Below, piece after piece: positions 10,952-23,752 of a DNA stretch of 46,385 nucleotides. The notes beneath the pieces were generated by a model. It made no database searches, was not told where the DNA came from, and saw only the letters and a program-made list of their open reading frames with translations. Position 1 is the first letter of the stretch; every line of letters starts with the position of its first letter. The stretch is from Octopus sinensis (taxonomy: Eukaryota). Both the position numbers and the translations under genes were made by a program. The stretch is taken from positions 1 through 46,385 of the forward strand of contig NW_021833837.1 in the NCBI RefSeq assembly GCF_006345805.1, in the 5' to 3' direction.

Positions 10952-11729
10952 ATTGATCATAAAATAAACATCAAATTCGAGTCAATGACTTTAATATAAA
11001 CACCGTATCTCCAAACATTTCATCAGATATAAATATACCATGGCTCTTAAACATACAGAGTATACATATATAAAAAAAAAGCATATAAAAGTAGACATAA
11101 AATCATCAAAGGTAAAAAAAATATATGTGAATAAAAATGCAGGTGTATAGAACGGCCTATCAAGAAGGTATATACAATCGACTAGAATTCTAAAGCGTGT
11201 CATGCTACTAAAAATCCAAATAAAATATCGACTAAAAAGAAAAATTTTCTTACTCCCCTCAAATGAAAGAGTACGTGAAAAAAGTTTGTTTCATAAAACC
11301 CATGGTAGGTTAGAGTCCAGGAGCAAAAAGAGTTCCACAAAATCAAGTGAAACACCCTATGGCCATTTCAGGAGTTCATTGCCGCAGTTCGATACGAGTT
11401 AAAGCGCATCTTGGCAATGACCCCAACATCATGATGAACAGAATCTCAACAAATTCTTTGTTTAGTCGATTGATATTTTATTTTAGTTTAATTGGATTTT
11501 AGCAGCAAGACACGCTTTAGAATTTTTAGCCAATTGTATATACCTTCTTGATAGTCTGTTCTATATATCTGTGTTTTTATTCGTGTATATTTTTTTTTTA
11601 CCTCTGTGTATTTTATATATGTATACATTTTATGTGTTAAGAGCCATGGTAATATTCATATATGATGAAATGTTACGGTGTTATATATAAAGTCGCTGAC
11701 TCGAATTTGATGTTTGTTCTATGATCAAT
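10952..11729. mobile_element. ~780-bp foldback/MITE with ~295-bp imperfect inverted arms
   Basis: ATTGATCATAAAATAAACATCAAATTCGAGTC... pairs with ...GACTCGAATTTGATGTTTGTTCTATGATCAAT. The arms continue inward to ~11250 and ~11450. No TSD is recognisable. Confidence 0.75.
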
Positions 11730-12008
11730 ATTTATATATATATAATGTATATACATATATATGCCCAGGAAAAAACCACTACAGATTTTCCTCCGAGTTT
11801 TCTTGCGAATGGCAAGCTGCCAAGCAAACTTTAGAAGGGAATAATATGCCAATCCATGAAGGAGGAAGCAGAGCAGGTGCCATAACTTATAGGCCATATC
11901 TCCTGACTTCACACACAAGCAAAGTCATTCCTGGAAGAAAGTGACTTGCTGAGTGATAGCATGGTTTTCGACCAAGTAGGAGTTGCCTGACACAGCTCCT
12001 ATAGCACA

Positions 12009-13260
12009 ATGACTGGGTGCTGAAACAGTTACTTAACAACTCAAATGTGGACGTAATATACTTTGCAAAAGCTTTTGATAAAGTTAATCATGATATGATA
12101 TGCCACAAACTATGTGATCTTGGCAAAGGTGGAAAACTTGGAGAATGATTACATGACTTTCTGAAAGACAGAAGTCAGGCAGTTGTAGCCAGTGGTACCA
12201 CCTCAATGGTACCACAAATAGTGAGTGGTGTTCCACAGGGAACTGTCTTAGGGTCACTGATTTTCATAGTGGCCCTCTCAGATATGCTCTCCGCTGCCCT
12301 GATACCCTTGCTAGCTACGGAGACGACACGAAATTTTTGCAGAAAATGCAAAACCGTAGTGATGTTGCATGCCTGCAGCAGTAGCTGGATGCAATTTACA
12401 GATGGTCTGAGGACAATAATATGCAGTTTAATGCTGGAAAATTTCAAGCCCTGCACTACCAGCACCCAAATTTGAACGGAAAACATACAGGGTATACTGA
12501 CCTAGTGGGGAATTACAATCACGTGTGTGATCTGGGTATCGACATGAGTGATGATACCTCTTTCCAAGGCACTTTAACAAGATGACGACAAAGTGCAGAT
12601 GGCTGGATGGATGGATCCTGTGAACCTTCAGAGCCAGGGAAAGAAACCATGATGGTCCGCTGGAGGACATTTATCCTCAGCTGCCTGGACTACTGCTCCT
12701 GACAACGGTCACCCCACAGTGTAAAATTAACAGTGGACCTTGAAGCAATCCAGTGAAGCTACTAAAAGAATATCATCTCATTGCAACTGCTCAACTACTG
12801 GGGAAGGCTGAAACAGGTAAGACTTTACTCCCTAGAGTGAAGGTGGGGAAGATATGCAGTGATATACATCTGGAAGATCCTGGAAGGGATTGTACCAAAT
12901 TTTGGCTTTGAAAGCTACACAAACGCCAGAACGGGTCACCACTGCACAGAGCCAAAGATTCCAACACTGCTTTCACATTCAGGACCAGTTATTACTGCAA
13001 CAGCCTGGGTTTTAAATGCCAAAGCTTTTTAATATTCTCCCAAAAAGCATGAGGGACCTACACAAAGGGGATGTGTTTTCAAAAGAAAACTGGACCTCTC
13101 CCTGTTGAGAATCCTGGATGAACCTCCTTTCTGGCAGGAGGCACAAATAAGGGCAATGACATCAAACTCCCTTATTCACCAAATGCCACATATCAGAGGA
13201 AGTTCTCAATAATGACAGTGTGCCCCAGCATGGCCACAGCTTTAAGTAGTAAAAGATAAA
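12009..13260 (+). mobile_element. Degraded 5'-truncated CR1-group LINE (same family as 27726-31404)
   Basis: Encodes IVSGVPQGTVLGSL, aligns with ORF2 at 27983-30913 with many indels, and carries the 3' UTR GTGCCCCAGCATGGCCACAGC. Confidence 0.85.
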
Positions 13261-13309
13261 ATATTATATATATATGACAAGATTTAAGATGAGAAAATTT
13301 TTTCTTTAC

Positions 13310-13485
13310 CTTGAATCAGAAGTTTTCAGTTGGATAAGTTTGAGTTTTAAGAGTAAGGTTGTTCGGAGTTTTAAAATTTGAGATATCAATCTTCAAGTCC
13401 TCTCACTGGTATGAATAAAATGATCTTAGATTCAATAATTTATATAATTGTAGTAAAAGGAAGTAAGTCGTCTCAGCCAATAAGG
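13310..13485 (-). promoter_or_regulatory. Candidate non-coding first exon/promoter of the ankyrin gene
   Basis: Minus-strand donor AAG|gtaaag at 13310/13309 and an NF-Y-like AGCCAATAAG at 13475-13484, in non-repeat sequence. Motif evidence only. Confidence 0.25.
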
Positions 13486-13825
13486 CTATTCATTGTGTTT
13501 TTCGTGGAATTTTTATTTATATTACATTTATCTTCTTTTATTACGTTCACTCATTATCATGCTACTCTAACTGATATGAATTTCTGTGACCTTGGATGTT
13601 GTTTACAACTTATCCTCTCAAAGTCTAATTCAATTCATTTAGTACACACATACACACTCAACCTATGTATGGAGATTATATGAAGCCCACTTAAACTGAC
13701 AACTTGTTAAAATTTTTATCATTGGTTTTATGGGCAACACCTATATGGAAACATGATCATACACACCACACACCACTCTCTCTCTCTCTCTTCTCTCACA
13801 CCACACACACACACACATTGTAAAC

Positions 13826-14100
13826 ATGTGTGGCCTAGTGATTACGTTATGGCGTTCCCAATCTTGTGTTCATGATTTCGAATCTCAGAGGGTGGTGCTT
13901 AGAGGCCCTCAGATGAATACCTCATTTCACATTGTTCCCGTCAACTGAGTTGTAAATAAATAACCCTGTGATCGACTGGTGCCCTGTTTCAGGAGAATAT
14001 CATGATCTGTGTCGCTTATACACCTTAGTCCTCAGAATAACGTGAAGAATTGCAGTGTGACCAGCAGGGCACAGCAATGGCTGATCATCTGGACACTACA
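13826..14100 (+). mobile_element. Degenerate tRNA-derived SINE
   Basis: TGGCCTAGTG A-box and TTCGAATCTC B-box-like sequence. The tail resembles that of 8251-8500. Confidence 0.5.
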
Positions 14101-14409
14101 GTGATTTATATATATATATATGTTTGTGACTGTATAAAATAGGTACAAGCGTGGCTGTGCAGTTAAGAGATTTCCTACTGCTATAGCAAAGGTTTCTGCA
14201 TCAATTTTGTATGTTTTACTGTTAGTGTTAGTACAGTATTCTTTCTCAGTTCTATTTAACCATGATGCATTGAGGTTGAAATCCCTCTTTTCATTCCAAA
14301 TTTTTCACCAGAATGATTGTAGAGCTTCTCGGGAGGAACTTTCTTAATGATAATGTTTTCCTTCCTTGTCTCTCTCTATAATGCTTGTGGGTTGGAAGCA
14401 AACTCACGA

Positions 14410-15150
14410 TTGATATTGGCTTGTTCAAAAATTTGCATGTGATAGCAAAGTTTCTCGCTTGTCGTCCTGAGTTCATGTTTTAAAGATTTTTGAGAAGCCT
14501 AATTTCTGAAGATTGGTATTTAGGCAGTATGTTCCATATCCACAGAGCCCCAATAACTACAGGTATAAGCTGAACTTGTAATCTGGATAGATTAACTGCA
14601 GATTTCTCAATAGTTCAATGTAGGTATTCTCTTTTTCACTCATCTTCAGATTTATGTTAACATCTGTTGGGCAGCTAATTTCCACAACTCTACACAGTTT
14701 CTCTCCTCTATCCCAAATCATTATATCAGGTCTTTTGTGCTTACATTTTACTGAGGTCTTCACTGGGACATTCCACCAGTGGCTATGGTTTCTACTGTAC
14801 TGTGGGTTCTTATTTCTCTGTCCGCAGGGTTATCCTTCTGACAGATTTCATTATAGAGTGTCCTTGCTACAACATCATGTCTCATTGGTAGAGAACCGTG
14901 ATGACATTTTGGACAATGAGTGTGATGTGGCTGATATCGTCAGTGTTAATTCCACAAAGTAGGTGTCGGTTGCCATATTTTACTGCTTCTCCTGCATCTC
15001 TACCCCTTTTGCACATCAGGTTGATATTTCCTGTTCCTGGATTGCAAACACATACCCTTCAAAGTGGGAGGTAGTTACCTGGCTATTGGTCCATGATAGA
15101 CTGCTTTGATGATCAATGTTACTATCATCTCTGAGCTTTTTACTAACATA
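14410..15150 (-). mobile_element. RLE-type (R4/Dong-like) non-LTR retrotransposon, 3' remnant
   Basis: Interrupted translation gives TSHFEGYVFAIQEQEI, a CCHC-like segment (LCG..DDISHI..CPK..LPMRHDVVA), KHKRPDIMIWDR-EKLCRVVEISCP-D-N...K..EK...Y and IPVVIGAL. This matches the restriction-like endonuclease domain. Confidence 0.75.
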
Positions 15151-15344
15151 CTATGTACATATGTACATATGTGTGAATGTATCATCATCATCATCATCAT
15201 CATTTAGCGTCCGTTTTCCATGCTAGCATGGGTTGGACGGTTCAACTGGGGTCTGGGGAGCCCGAAGGCTGCACCAGTCCAGTCAGATCTGGCAGTGTTT
15301 CTACAGCTGGATGCCCTTCCTAACGCCAACCACTCCTGAGTGTA

Positions 15345-17260
15345 GTGGGTGATTTTATGTGCCACCGACACAGGTGCCAGACGAGGCTGGCGAACGGCCA
15401 CGCTCGGATGGGTGTTTTTATGTGCCACCGACACAGGTGCCAGACGAGGCTGGCAGACGGCCACGCTCGGATGGTGTTTTTATGTGCCACCGACACAGGT
15501 GCCAGATGAGGCTGGCGGACGGCCACGATCGGATGGTGTTTGTTACGTCCCCAAAGCACGGAGGCCAGTCGATGCGGTACTGGCTACAGCCACGTTCGGA
15601 TGATTTTCTTGTGTGCCACCGGCACTGGTACCACAAGATACAAATTCCATTGATGTTCATCTATTTTGATTTGATTTGATTTGATTTTCACTTGCCTCAA
15701 CAGGTCTTCACAGGTCTTCACAAGGTCACAAGAAGGAAGGAAGGTATGCACAGGTGGACTGACTACGTCACAAGTAGGGGCCACGGGTTATGGCCGACTA
15801 GTCTTGCCGGGTCTTCGGTTGGTGTTTTTATGTGCCACCGACACAGGTGCCAGATGAGGCTGGCGGACGGCCAAAATCGGATGGTGTTTGTATGTGCCCA
15901 CATCACAGAGGCCAGTCGATGCGTACTGGGTACTGGCTACGGCCACGTTCGGATGGTTTTCTTGTGTGCCACGGTACTGGTATCACAAAGATACAAATTC
16001 CATTGATGTTCATCTATTTTGATTTGGTTTGATTTAATTTGATTTGATTTTGATTTTCACTTGCCTCAACAGGTCTACACAAGTGTCACACACTTGCCTC
16101 AACAGGTCTTCACAAGTGTCATAAGTAGGAAGGTATGCACAGGTGGACTGACTACGTCGCCGGGTCTTCGGATGGTGTTTTTATGTGCCACCGACACAGG
16201 TGCCAGATGAGGCTGGCGAACGGCCACGATCGGATGGTTTTCTTGTGTGCCACCGACAAAGATACATATTCCATTGATGTTCATCTATTTTGATTTGGTT
16301 TGATTTTGATTTTCACTTGCCTCAACAGGTCTTCAAAAGTGTCACACGTGTCACACACTTGCCTCAACAGGTCTCCACAAGTGTCACACACTTGCCTCTG
16401 CCTCAACAGGTCTTCACAAAGTGTCACACACGTGCCTCTGCCTCAACAGGTCTTCACAAGTGTCACACACTTGCCTCAACAGGTCTTCACAAGTGTCATA
16501 AGAGGGAAGGTATGCACAGGTGGACTGACTACGTCGCAGGTCTTCGGATGTGTGTTTTTATGTGCCACCGACACAGGTGCCAGATGAGGCTGGCGAACGG
16601 CCACGATCAGATGGTGTTTGTTGTGCCCACAGCACGGAGGCCAGTCGATGCGGTACTGGCTACGGCCACGTTCGGATGGTTTTCTTGTGTGCCACCGGTA
16701 CTGGGACCACAAAGATACAAATTCCATTGATGTTCATCTATTTTGATTTGTTTTGATTTGATTTTCACTTGCCTCAACAGGTCTTCACAAGGGTCACAAC
16801 TGCTCAAGGTCTCACAAGTGTCACACACTTGCCTCTGCCTCAACAGGTCTTCACAAGTGTCACACACTTGCCTCAACAGGTCTTCACAAGTGTCATAAGA
16901 GGGAAGGTATGCACAGGTGGACTGACTACGTCGCGCGGTCTTCGGATGGTGTCTTTATGTGCCACCGACACAGGTGCCAGATGAGGTGGCGAACGGCCAC
17001 GATCGGATGGTGTTTGTTGTGCCCACAGCACGGAGGCCAGTCGATGCGGTACTGGCTACGGCCACGTTTGGGTGGTTTTCTTGTGTGCCACCGGCACTGG
17101 TACCGCAAAGAATACAATTCCACTGATGTTCATCTATTTTGATTTGTTTTGATTTGATTTTCACTTGCCTCAACAGGTCTTCATAAGTGTCACAAGAAGG
17201 AAGGTATGCACAGGAGGACTGACTACGTCCCAGGTAGGGGCCACGGGTTATGGCCTGACT
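15345..17260 (-). repeat. Nested tandem array of RTE 3' UTR modules (~62-bp and ~33-bp subunits inside about five ~350-390-bp units)
   Basis: ATGTGCCACCGACACAGGTGCCAGATGAGGCTGGC and CACTTGCCTCAACAGGTCTTCACAAGTGTCACA recur. Higher-order units start near 15480, 15825, 16180, 16555 and 16950. Confidence 0.9.
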
Positions 17261-18152
17261 AGTCTTGCCGGGTCTTCTCACGCACAGCATACTTCCATAG
17301 GTCTCGGTCTCTAGACATTTCCTTAGTGAGACCTAAGGTTCGAAGGTCGTGCTTCACCACCTCGTCCCAGGTTTTCCTGAGTCTACCTCTTCCACAGGTT
17401 CCCTCAACTGCTAGGGTGTAGCACTTTTGCACACAACTATCTTCAGCCTTTCTCGTCACATGACCATACCAGCGCAGCCGTCTCTCTTGCACACCACAAC
17501 TGACGCTTCTTAGGTTCAACTTTTCTCTCAAGGAACTTACACTCTGACGATTATGAACACTGACATTACACATCCATCGGAGAATACTGGCTTCATTTCT
17601 TGCGAGCTTACGCATACCCTCAGCAGTCACGGCCCATGTTTCACTACCATGTAGCATGGCTGTACGTACACATGCATCATACAGTCTGCCTTTTACTCTG
17701 AGCGAGAGGCCTTTTGTCACCAGCAGGGGTAAGAGCTCTCTAAACTTTGCCCAGGCTATTCTTACTCTAACAGTTACACTTTCAGCACACCCACCCCCGC
17801 TACTGACTTGGTCTCCTAGGTAGCGGAAGCTATCAACTACTTCTAGTTTGTCTCCCTGGAACGTGGCAGAAGTTGGTCTCTGCACATTTCCAGTGTTTAT
17901 TGCTCCTGAGCATTTGCCACAGACAAAAACTATTTTCCTAGTTAGCCTTCCTTTGACATTGCTGCACCTCTTATGTGTCCATAGCTTACACTTGGTGCAT
18001 CTTATAGAGTTTCTACCTACACCGTTTTTAGAGATCGAGCAGGGCCATCTACATGAAGGCGTTTGTGATTGATCTACCTTCCTACTTATTAGGACTTTGG
18101 TTTTGGCTAGGTTGATTCTAAGGCCCTTCGATTCTAAACCTTGCTTCCACAC
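17259..18152 (-). pseudogene. RTE ORF2 C-terminal segment (RT thumb plus PHD-like finger)
   Basis: ORF-track 297 aa, containing a Cys-rich insert CSIS-x9-CTKC-x3-THKRC-x14-CGKC. Confidence 0.85.
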
Positions 18153-19218
18153 CTGAAACTTCTCCTCCAGTTCTGATAGTGACTCAGCAATTAGAGCAAG
18201 GTCATCAGCATAGAGGAGCTCCCAGGGGCAACCTGTCTTGAATTCCTCCGTTATTGCCTGGAGGACTATGATAAATAGGAGGGGACTGAGGACTGAACCT
18301 TGGTGGACCCCAACCTCTACCGGAATTCTTCACTGTACTCGTTGCCAACCCTCACCTTACTAGCAGCGTCTCTGTACATAGCTTGCACAGCTCTCACCAA
18401 CCATTTCCTATCCCTAGTTTCCTCATTGACCACCAGATAAGGGATCGGGGGACCCTGTCAAAGGCTTTCTCCAAGTCAACAAAAGCCAGGTACAAGGGCT
18501 TATCTTTGGCTAGGTATTTCTCCTGCAGCTGTCTTACCAGGAATATAGCATCAGTAGTACTTTTCCCTGGCACGAACCCAAACTGCATATCATCTAAGCT
18601 AACTCTCTCTCTAATTAGTTGGCTATAACCCTCTCCGTAACCTTCATTACCTGATCCAGCAGCTTGATGCCCCTGTAGTTATTTGTCTCTAGGGCGTCGC
18701 CTTTACCTTTGTAGCAGTTGACTATTATGCTGCTACACCAGTCATTGGGTATGACCCCCTCGTGTATCACCTGGTTAACTATACGGGGGACTAAGCTATC
18801 GCCGACACCACCAGATATTTTGAGCATCTCTGCAGTAATTCCTGATGGGCCTGGGGCTTTCCCTGTTTTCATGCTTCTAATTGCCTTATCTACTAAGGAA
18901 CTGATAACTCGGATTGCTGGTCCCTCTGTTGGGTCGACATCGGCAGACTCTCTTTATCCCATTCATTTTCTTCATTCAGCAACCTATCATAGTGGCGTCT
19001 CCAAGCCTCTCTCTTAGCATCCTCATTAAGCGCAAGTGAACCGTCATCCTTGCGAACACATTTCTCTCCTACCACGTCACGATTCTCTCTCACACACTGT
19101 CTTGCAACACGAAATACCTCAAGTCTTTCATCCTCACGACGCAGGACATTGGCAAATTTTTCCTTATCTGCCTCCCCTCTGGCTAGATAGACCTGTCTCC
19201 TGGCTTCCCTTCTGGCAG

Positions 19219-19287
19219 ATATATATATATATATATAATATAATATATTATATATATATATATATATATAATATATATATATTATAT

Positions 19288-19325
<38 letters not shown>

Positions 19326-19327
19326 TA

Positions 19328-19362
<35 letters not shown>

Positions 19363-19370
19363 TATATATA

Positions 19371-19411
<41 letters not shown>

Positions 19412-19590
19412 TATATATATATATATAGATATATATATATATATATAGTATATATAGATATATATATATAATATATATATATAGATATATATATAATATA
19501 TATATATATTATATATATATATAGTATTATATATATATATATACAATACATATATATAGATATCTATATATATATATATAGATATATATA

Positions 19591-19629
<39 letters not shown>

Positions 19630-19765
19630 TAGTATATATATATATATATTATATATATAATATATATATATTATATATATATGTATATATATGTGTGTGT
19701 GTGTGTATGTGTATATATGTGTGTATATACATATATATATATGTAATATACACACACACATATAT
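19219..19765. repeat. (TA)n microsatellite
   Basis: Direct reading. It abuts the RTE 5' truncation point. Confidence 0.95.
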
Positions 19766-20924
19766 CGGGTCACCCCATAAATAATGGAGTTTTTTATGCT
19801 TCTTTTATTTTCCAAAATTACGATAAGCAAAGTTGTATTTTAATCTAAAATATACCCTCCTTCATTTTCTACAATGCTCTTCCATCTATCTAATCTAAGG
19901 GGAATATCACTGTAAGACTACAAAAATGTCCCCAAAATATCACACTGCCTTGGCTTTGTTGTCTCACTTTATTCAACATATACATACTCACACACGACCC
20001 GCGTTGGACCCCCTCGCTCATACTATTATTGAACCGGGAGTCTAACAGTGGTCCTCCTGTAGCACCTACATAGCCTTACCTGCCATTTAGGTCTTCTGGA
20101 TACCAAGACCTCTCAAATTGTGTGTGTGTGTGTGTGTATGAAAGTATGCATGTATATAGAGATAAATTACACTGGTGGATTTGTGGAACAGGTAAATTGC
20201 TGCTCAAGGTGACTCTTTCGATGTAGATGGGTAAGTTATTTTTATTAAAAATAAAAAAATTGGTGAACCTTTTAACTCCACCTCGTGGATACGATCTGGA
20301 TGACCATATATTATTTTGTCCATGGCCACAATGGTGCCTCCAAGTAATCCATTTGGTACTTGTGAGACAGCTGGAAGCATCTGAGCAGATATGCAAGGCG
20401 TTTCCACCCTCTCTTCTAATGGCCCTTGCATTCATTTAAAAGACTTTTCCTTGCTTTAAGATGTGGAACATTTTAAGAAGGCTTCCAGATGTCTGAAGAA
20501 CACTGACTACCCCACCTACTCTGAATTATAAAGGAACGAATGGCTTACACCACTGGTCATGTCCAGCACTACCAACGTATCTACTATGTCCTGGTTGATG
20601 GTATGAGATCCAGTCCTCTCTGAATAAACATAATTACTCCACGACCCATTACCAGAAGTCTTGGAGATGTATAAACCTGTAGCCACTCAAGATGGTCACG
20701 AATGCTGGTCTCCCTGATAGCCACAACCTCCAGTACTTGGAGTAGGTGTTCCAATTCCAAGGTAGCCATGTGCCTTCACACTGTCTATTCTGAATATGAT
20801 CATAATTGATAAGAGAGGATGAGGTGTGAAAAGAAAAACCCTGTTTCTGTGGAGAAACAAGTATTCTGTCCCTCTGGTGATTTATGGTTGTATCTACAAT
20901 TATTTCTTTATAGAAACTTTTATT

Positions 20925-21550
20925 ACACCTGCTCAGGTAGGTGGCTCTGCTCGATTTGTAGAAAGGGTGTAGGTAGAAACTCCATAAGATGTACTCAGTG
21001 TAAACTATGGACACATAAGAGGTGCAGCAACATCAAAGGAAGGTTAACCAGGAAGATAGCTTTCGTGTGAGGCAGATGCACGGGGGGCAATAGATAGCAC
21101 AGATACTCAGAAAACAGATTCCATCACACTCCAGGGGGAGAAACTAGAAGCAGTTGATAGCTTCCACTACCTAGGTGAGCAAGTTAGTAGTGGGGGTGGA
21201 TGCTCAGAGAGCGTCACCACTAGAAAAAGAATAGCCTGGGCAAAGTTTAGAAAGCTCCTACCCCTACTGGCGACAAAGGGTCTCTCGCTCAGAGTGAAAG
21301 GTAGATTGTACGATGCATGTGTGCGAATTGCCATGCTTCACAGCAGTGAAACATGGGCTGTGATTGTGGAGGACGTGTAGGCTTGAAAGAAATGAAGCTA
21401 GCATGATCCGCTGGATGTGTAATGTCAGTGTGCATGCACGACAGAGTGTAAGCGTCCTGAGAGAAATGTTGGAGATAAGAAGCATTGGATGTGGCGTACA
21501 GGAGAGACATTTGTATTGGTGTGGTCATGTACTATGGATGGATAAGGAAA
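20925..21550 (+). mobile_element. Older RTE ORF2 fragment including the PHD-like finger
   Basis: WLCSICRKGVGRNSIRCTQCKLWTHKRCSNIKGRLTRKIAFV*GRC followed by thumb motifs, with stops. Confidence 0.85.
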
Positions 21551-21849
21551 GGAGCGTTGCTAGAAACCCAACAAAATTAAAAACAAGACCTGTTGAAAGG
21601 TTGGATGAAAGGCTGTCTGGCAATAGCAGCTGAAAAGGTTGGAATTAATTCCAGTTGGTTTTAAGTTAATCATTCAACTTAAATATTACTTTACACACTC
21701 TGCTATCATATTTTGTTATACATGTATGCGTGTATGTATATATATGTAATTATGTATGCATGTCTGTTGTTATACCTGTATGTATGTACATATGTATTTA
21801 TGGAAGTGTATTTGTAAATATATATATATACATAAAAAGTCAGAGAGAG

Positions 21850-21880
<31 letters not shown>

Positions 21881-22360
21881 TGGAGGAAGCGGGAGAGACC
21901 GTTGATGCACAGGTTTTGGGTTTGGGGTACTGACTTTCCTTGTTCTATGACCAAATCCGAACATTTTCTTTTGGCCAAATTCCATGCCATCTCAGCTGAA
22001 AAGGTTATTAATTCCAGTTGTTTTAAGCATTGTTCACACTTTTAGCATAAATCTTCAGGTCGTCTACAAGAAATTATGAGTTACATTGATTATGGTAGTG
22101 AGTACATATGTTTGTGTGTATAAAATACAGTGTACATTTAAACACAATAAGAGGTGTCCATCATTGGACTGCCTCACGCTAGAAGGAACAGCTAAAGTCC
22201 AAACCACTAATTGGCGATAAATCTCGAAGGGAATGAAAAATAAAAACATTTACCATCTATTTCCTGGATCGGTATTATTAATTATGTTTCTATGTAGGTA
22301 TTTATGTATTTATGTATGTGTATTTGTATTATATATATATTATATATATATGTATGTATG

Positions 22361-22394
<34 letters not shown>

Positions 22395-22512
22395 GTTATA
22401 ATATATATATATATATATAATATACATGTATATATATATATTATATTTTAATATATATATATATAATATATATATATATATATTATTTGTATATATAATA
22501 TATAGTATATGC

Positions 22513-22558
<46 letters not shown>

Positions 22559-22565
22559 ATATATA

Positions 22566-22829
22566 TTTTCGTGACTAACCAGACCATCAGATGTGTTACA
22601 CATCGCTTGTCACAATGAGTTCGCATTTGTTTTAGCCTTCGAATTGACGCCACCCCGCTGGCTAAGCAAGCAGGCCAACAGAAGAAAGAGTGGTGAAAGA
22701 GTACAGCAGGGATCACCACCCCCTTCCGGAGACTCGTGGAACTTTTAGTGTTTTTGCTGAATAAACACTCACAACACCGGTATCGAAACCGTGAGTCCGC
22801 TGCCCTAAACACTGGGCCATTGCGCCTAC
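22566..22829 (-). mobile_element. tRNA-derived SINE, copy 1 of the triplicated block
   Basis: Minus-strand head GGCGCAATGGCCCAGTG...TTTCGATACC with only ~18 nt between the A and B boxes. Confidence 0.85.
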
Positions 22830-22877
22830 ACACACATAATATATATAGAATATATATTATATGTATATATATACACA

Positions 22878-23001
<124 letters not shown>

Positions 23002-23157
23002 CAAAGAGAAAGATATGATAGAGAAAAGAGAGTGTATGGTGAGAGAGAAAGAGGGGAGAGAGAAAGAGAGTGAGAGAGAAAGAGAGTGAGAGGGAAAGAG
23101 AGAGAGAGGGGGGAATGGGAGGGAGAGAGAAGGAGATAATGCTAAAGTGTTTGTGTA

Positions 23158-23383
23158 CATGTTGTTCTGAAATTAAGGCCCCCATTTTTGGACTTTAATA
23201 ACAATCAATAGAGCGATAAGATATGAAAATTATACATCATTGTAAAAGCTGAGTGTGTCTTGTGTTTGCTTCAGAACAAATAAAATTCACATTTATAGAT
23301 TAGATAATGGCAAGACGAAAACAACCATTAATCTCCAAGGAGGCGTAAGTAATACAACTATAGCAAAAAAATGCTTAAAAGTA
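23158..23383 (+). mobile_element. 5' end of a Tc1/mariner (maT-like) transposon, duplicated copy 1
   Basis: TA|CATGTTGTTCTGAAATTAAGG terminus. Aligns with 37413-37645. Confidence 0.65.
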
Positions 23384-23587
23384 TGTTTAAAATACAGTGT
23401 GCATTTAAACACAAAAAGAGAGGTGTCCATCATAAGACTACCTACGCTAGAAGGAACAGCTAAAGTCCAAACCACTAATGGGGGATAAAGTCTCGAAGAG
23501 AATGAAAAATAAAAACATTACCATCTATTTCCGGATCGGTATATTTAATGTTTTATGTATGTATTTAGGTATTTATGTAGTGTATGT

Positions 23588-23630
<43 letters not shown>

Positions 23631-23632
23631 TA

Positions 23633-23663
<31 letters not shown>

Positions 23664-23666
23664 ATA

Positions 23667-23752
<86 letters not shown>

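Larger units (their letters stand above)
15181..19218 (-). mobile_element. 5'-truncated RTE-clade LINE with frameshifted ORF2 and expanded 3' UTR
   Basis: RT motifs KAPGPSG, NYRGIKLL, QFGFVPGKST, FVDLEKAFDRV and YADD (18201-18212). The thumb region ends REKTRQD*. There is a (GAT)n tail at 15181-15203 and at least three frame breaks. Confidence 0.95.

Noticed and set aside
15345-17260. Regular repeats resembling a CRISPR array
   Set aside because: The context is eukaryotic, there are no unique spacers or cas genes, and the units align with the RTE 3' UTR.
18893-19546. 217-aa ORF as a novel protein
   Set aside because: The N-terminal half is translated (TA)n; only 18893-19218 is RTE ORF2.
20204-20770. 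Possible LTR-retrotransposon RT/RNase H remnant (GTIVAMDKIIYG; ICSDAS)
   Set aside because: The similarity is too weak to call by eye; it needs a profile search.
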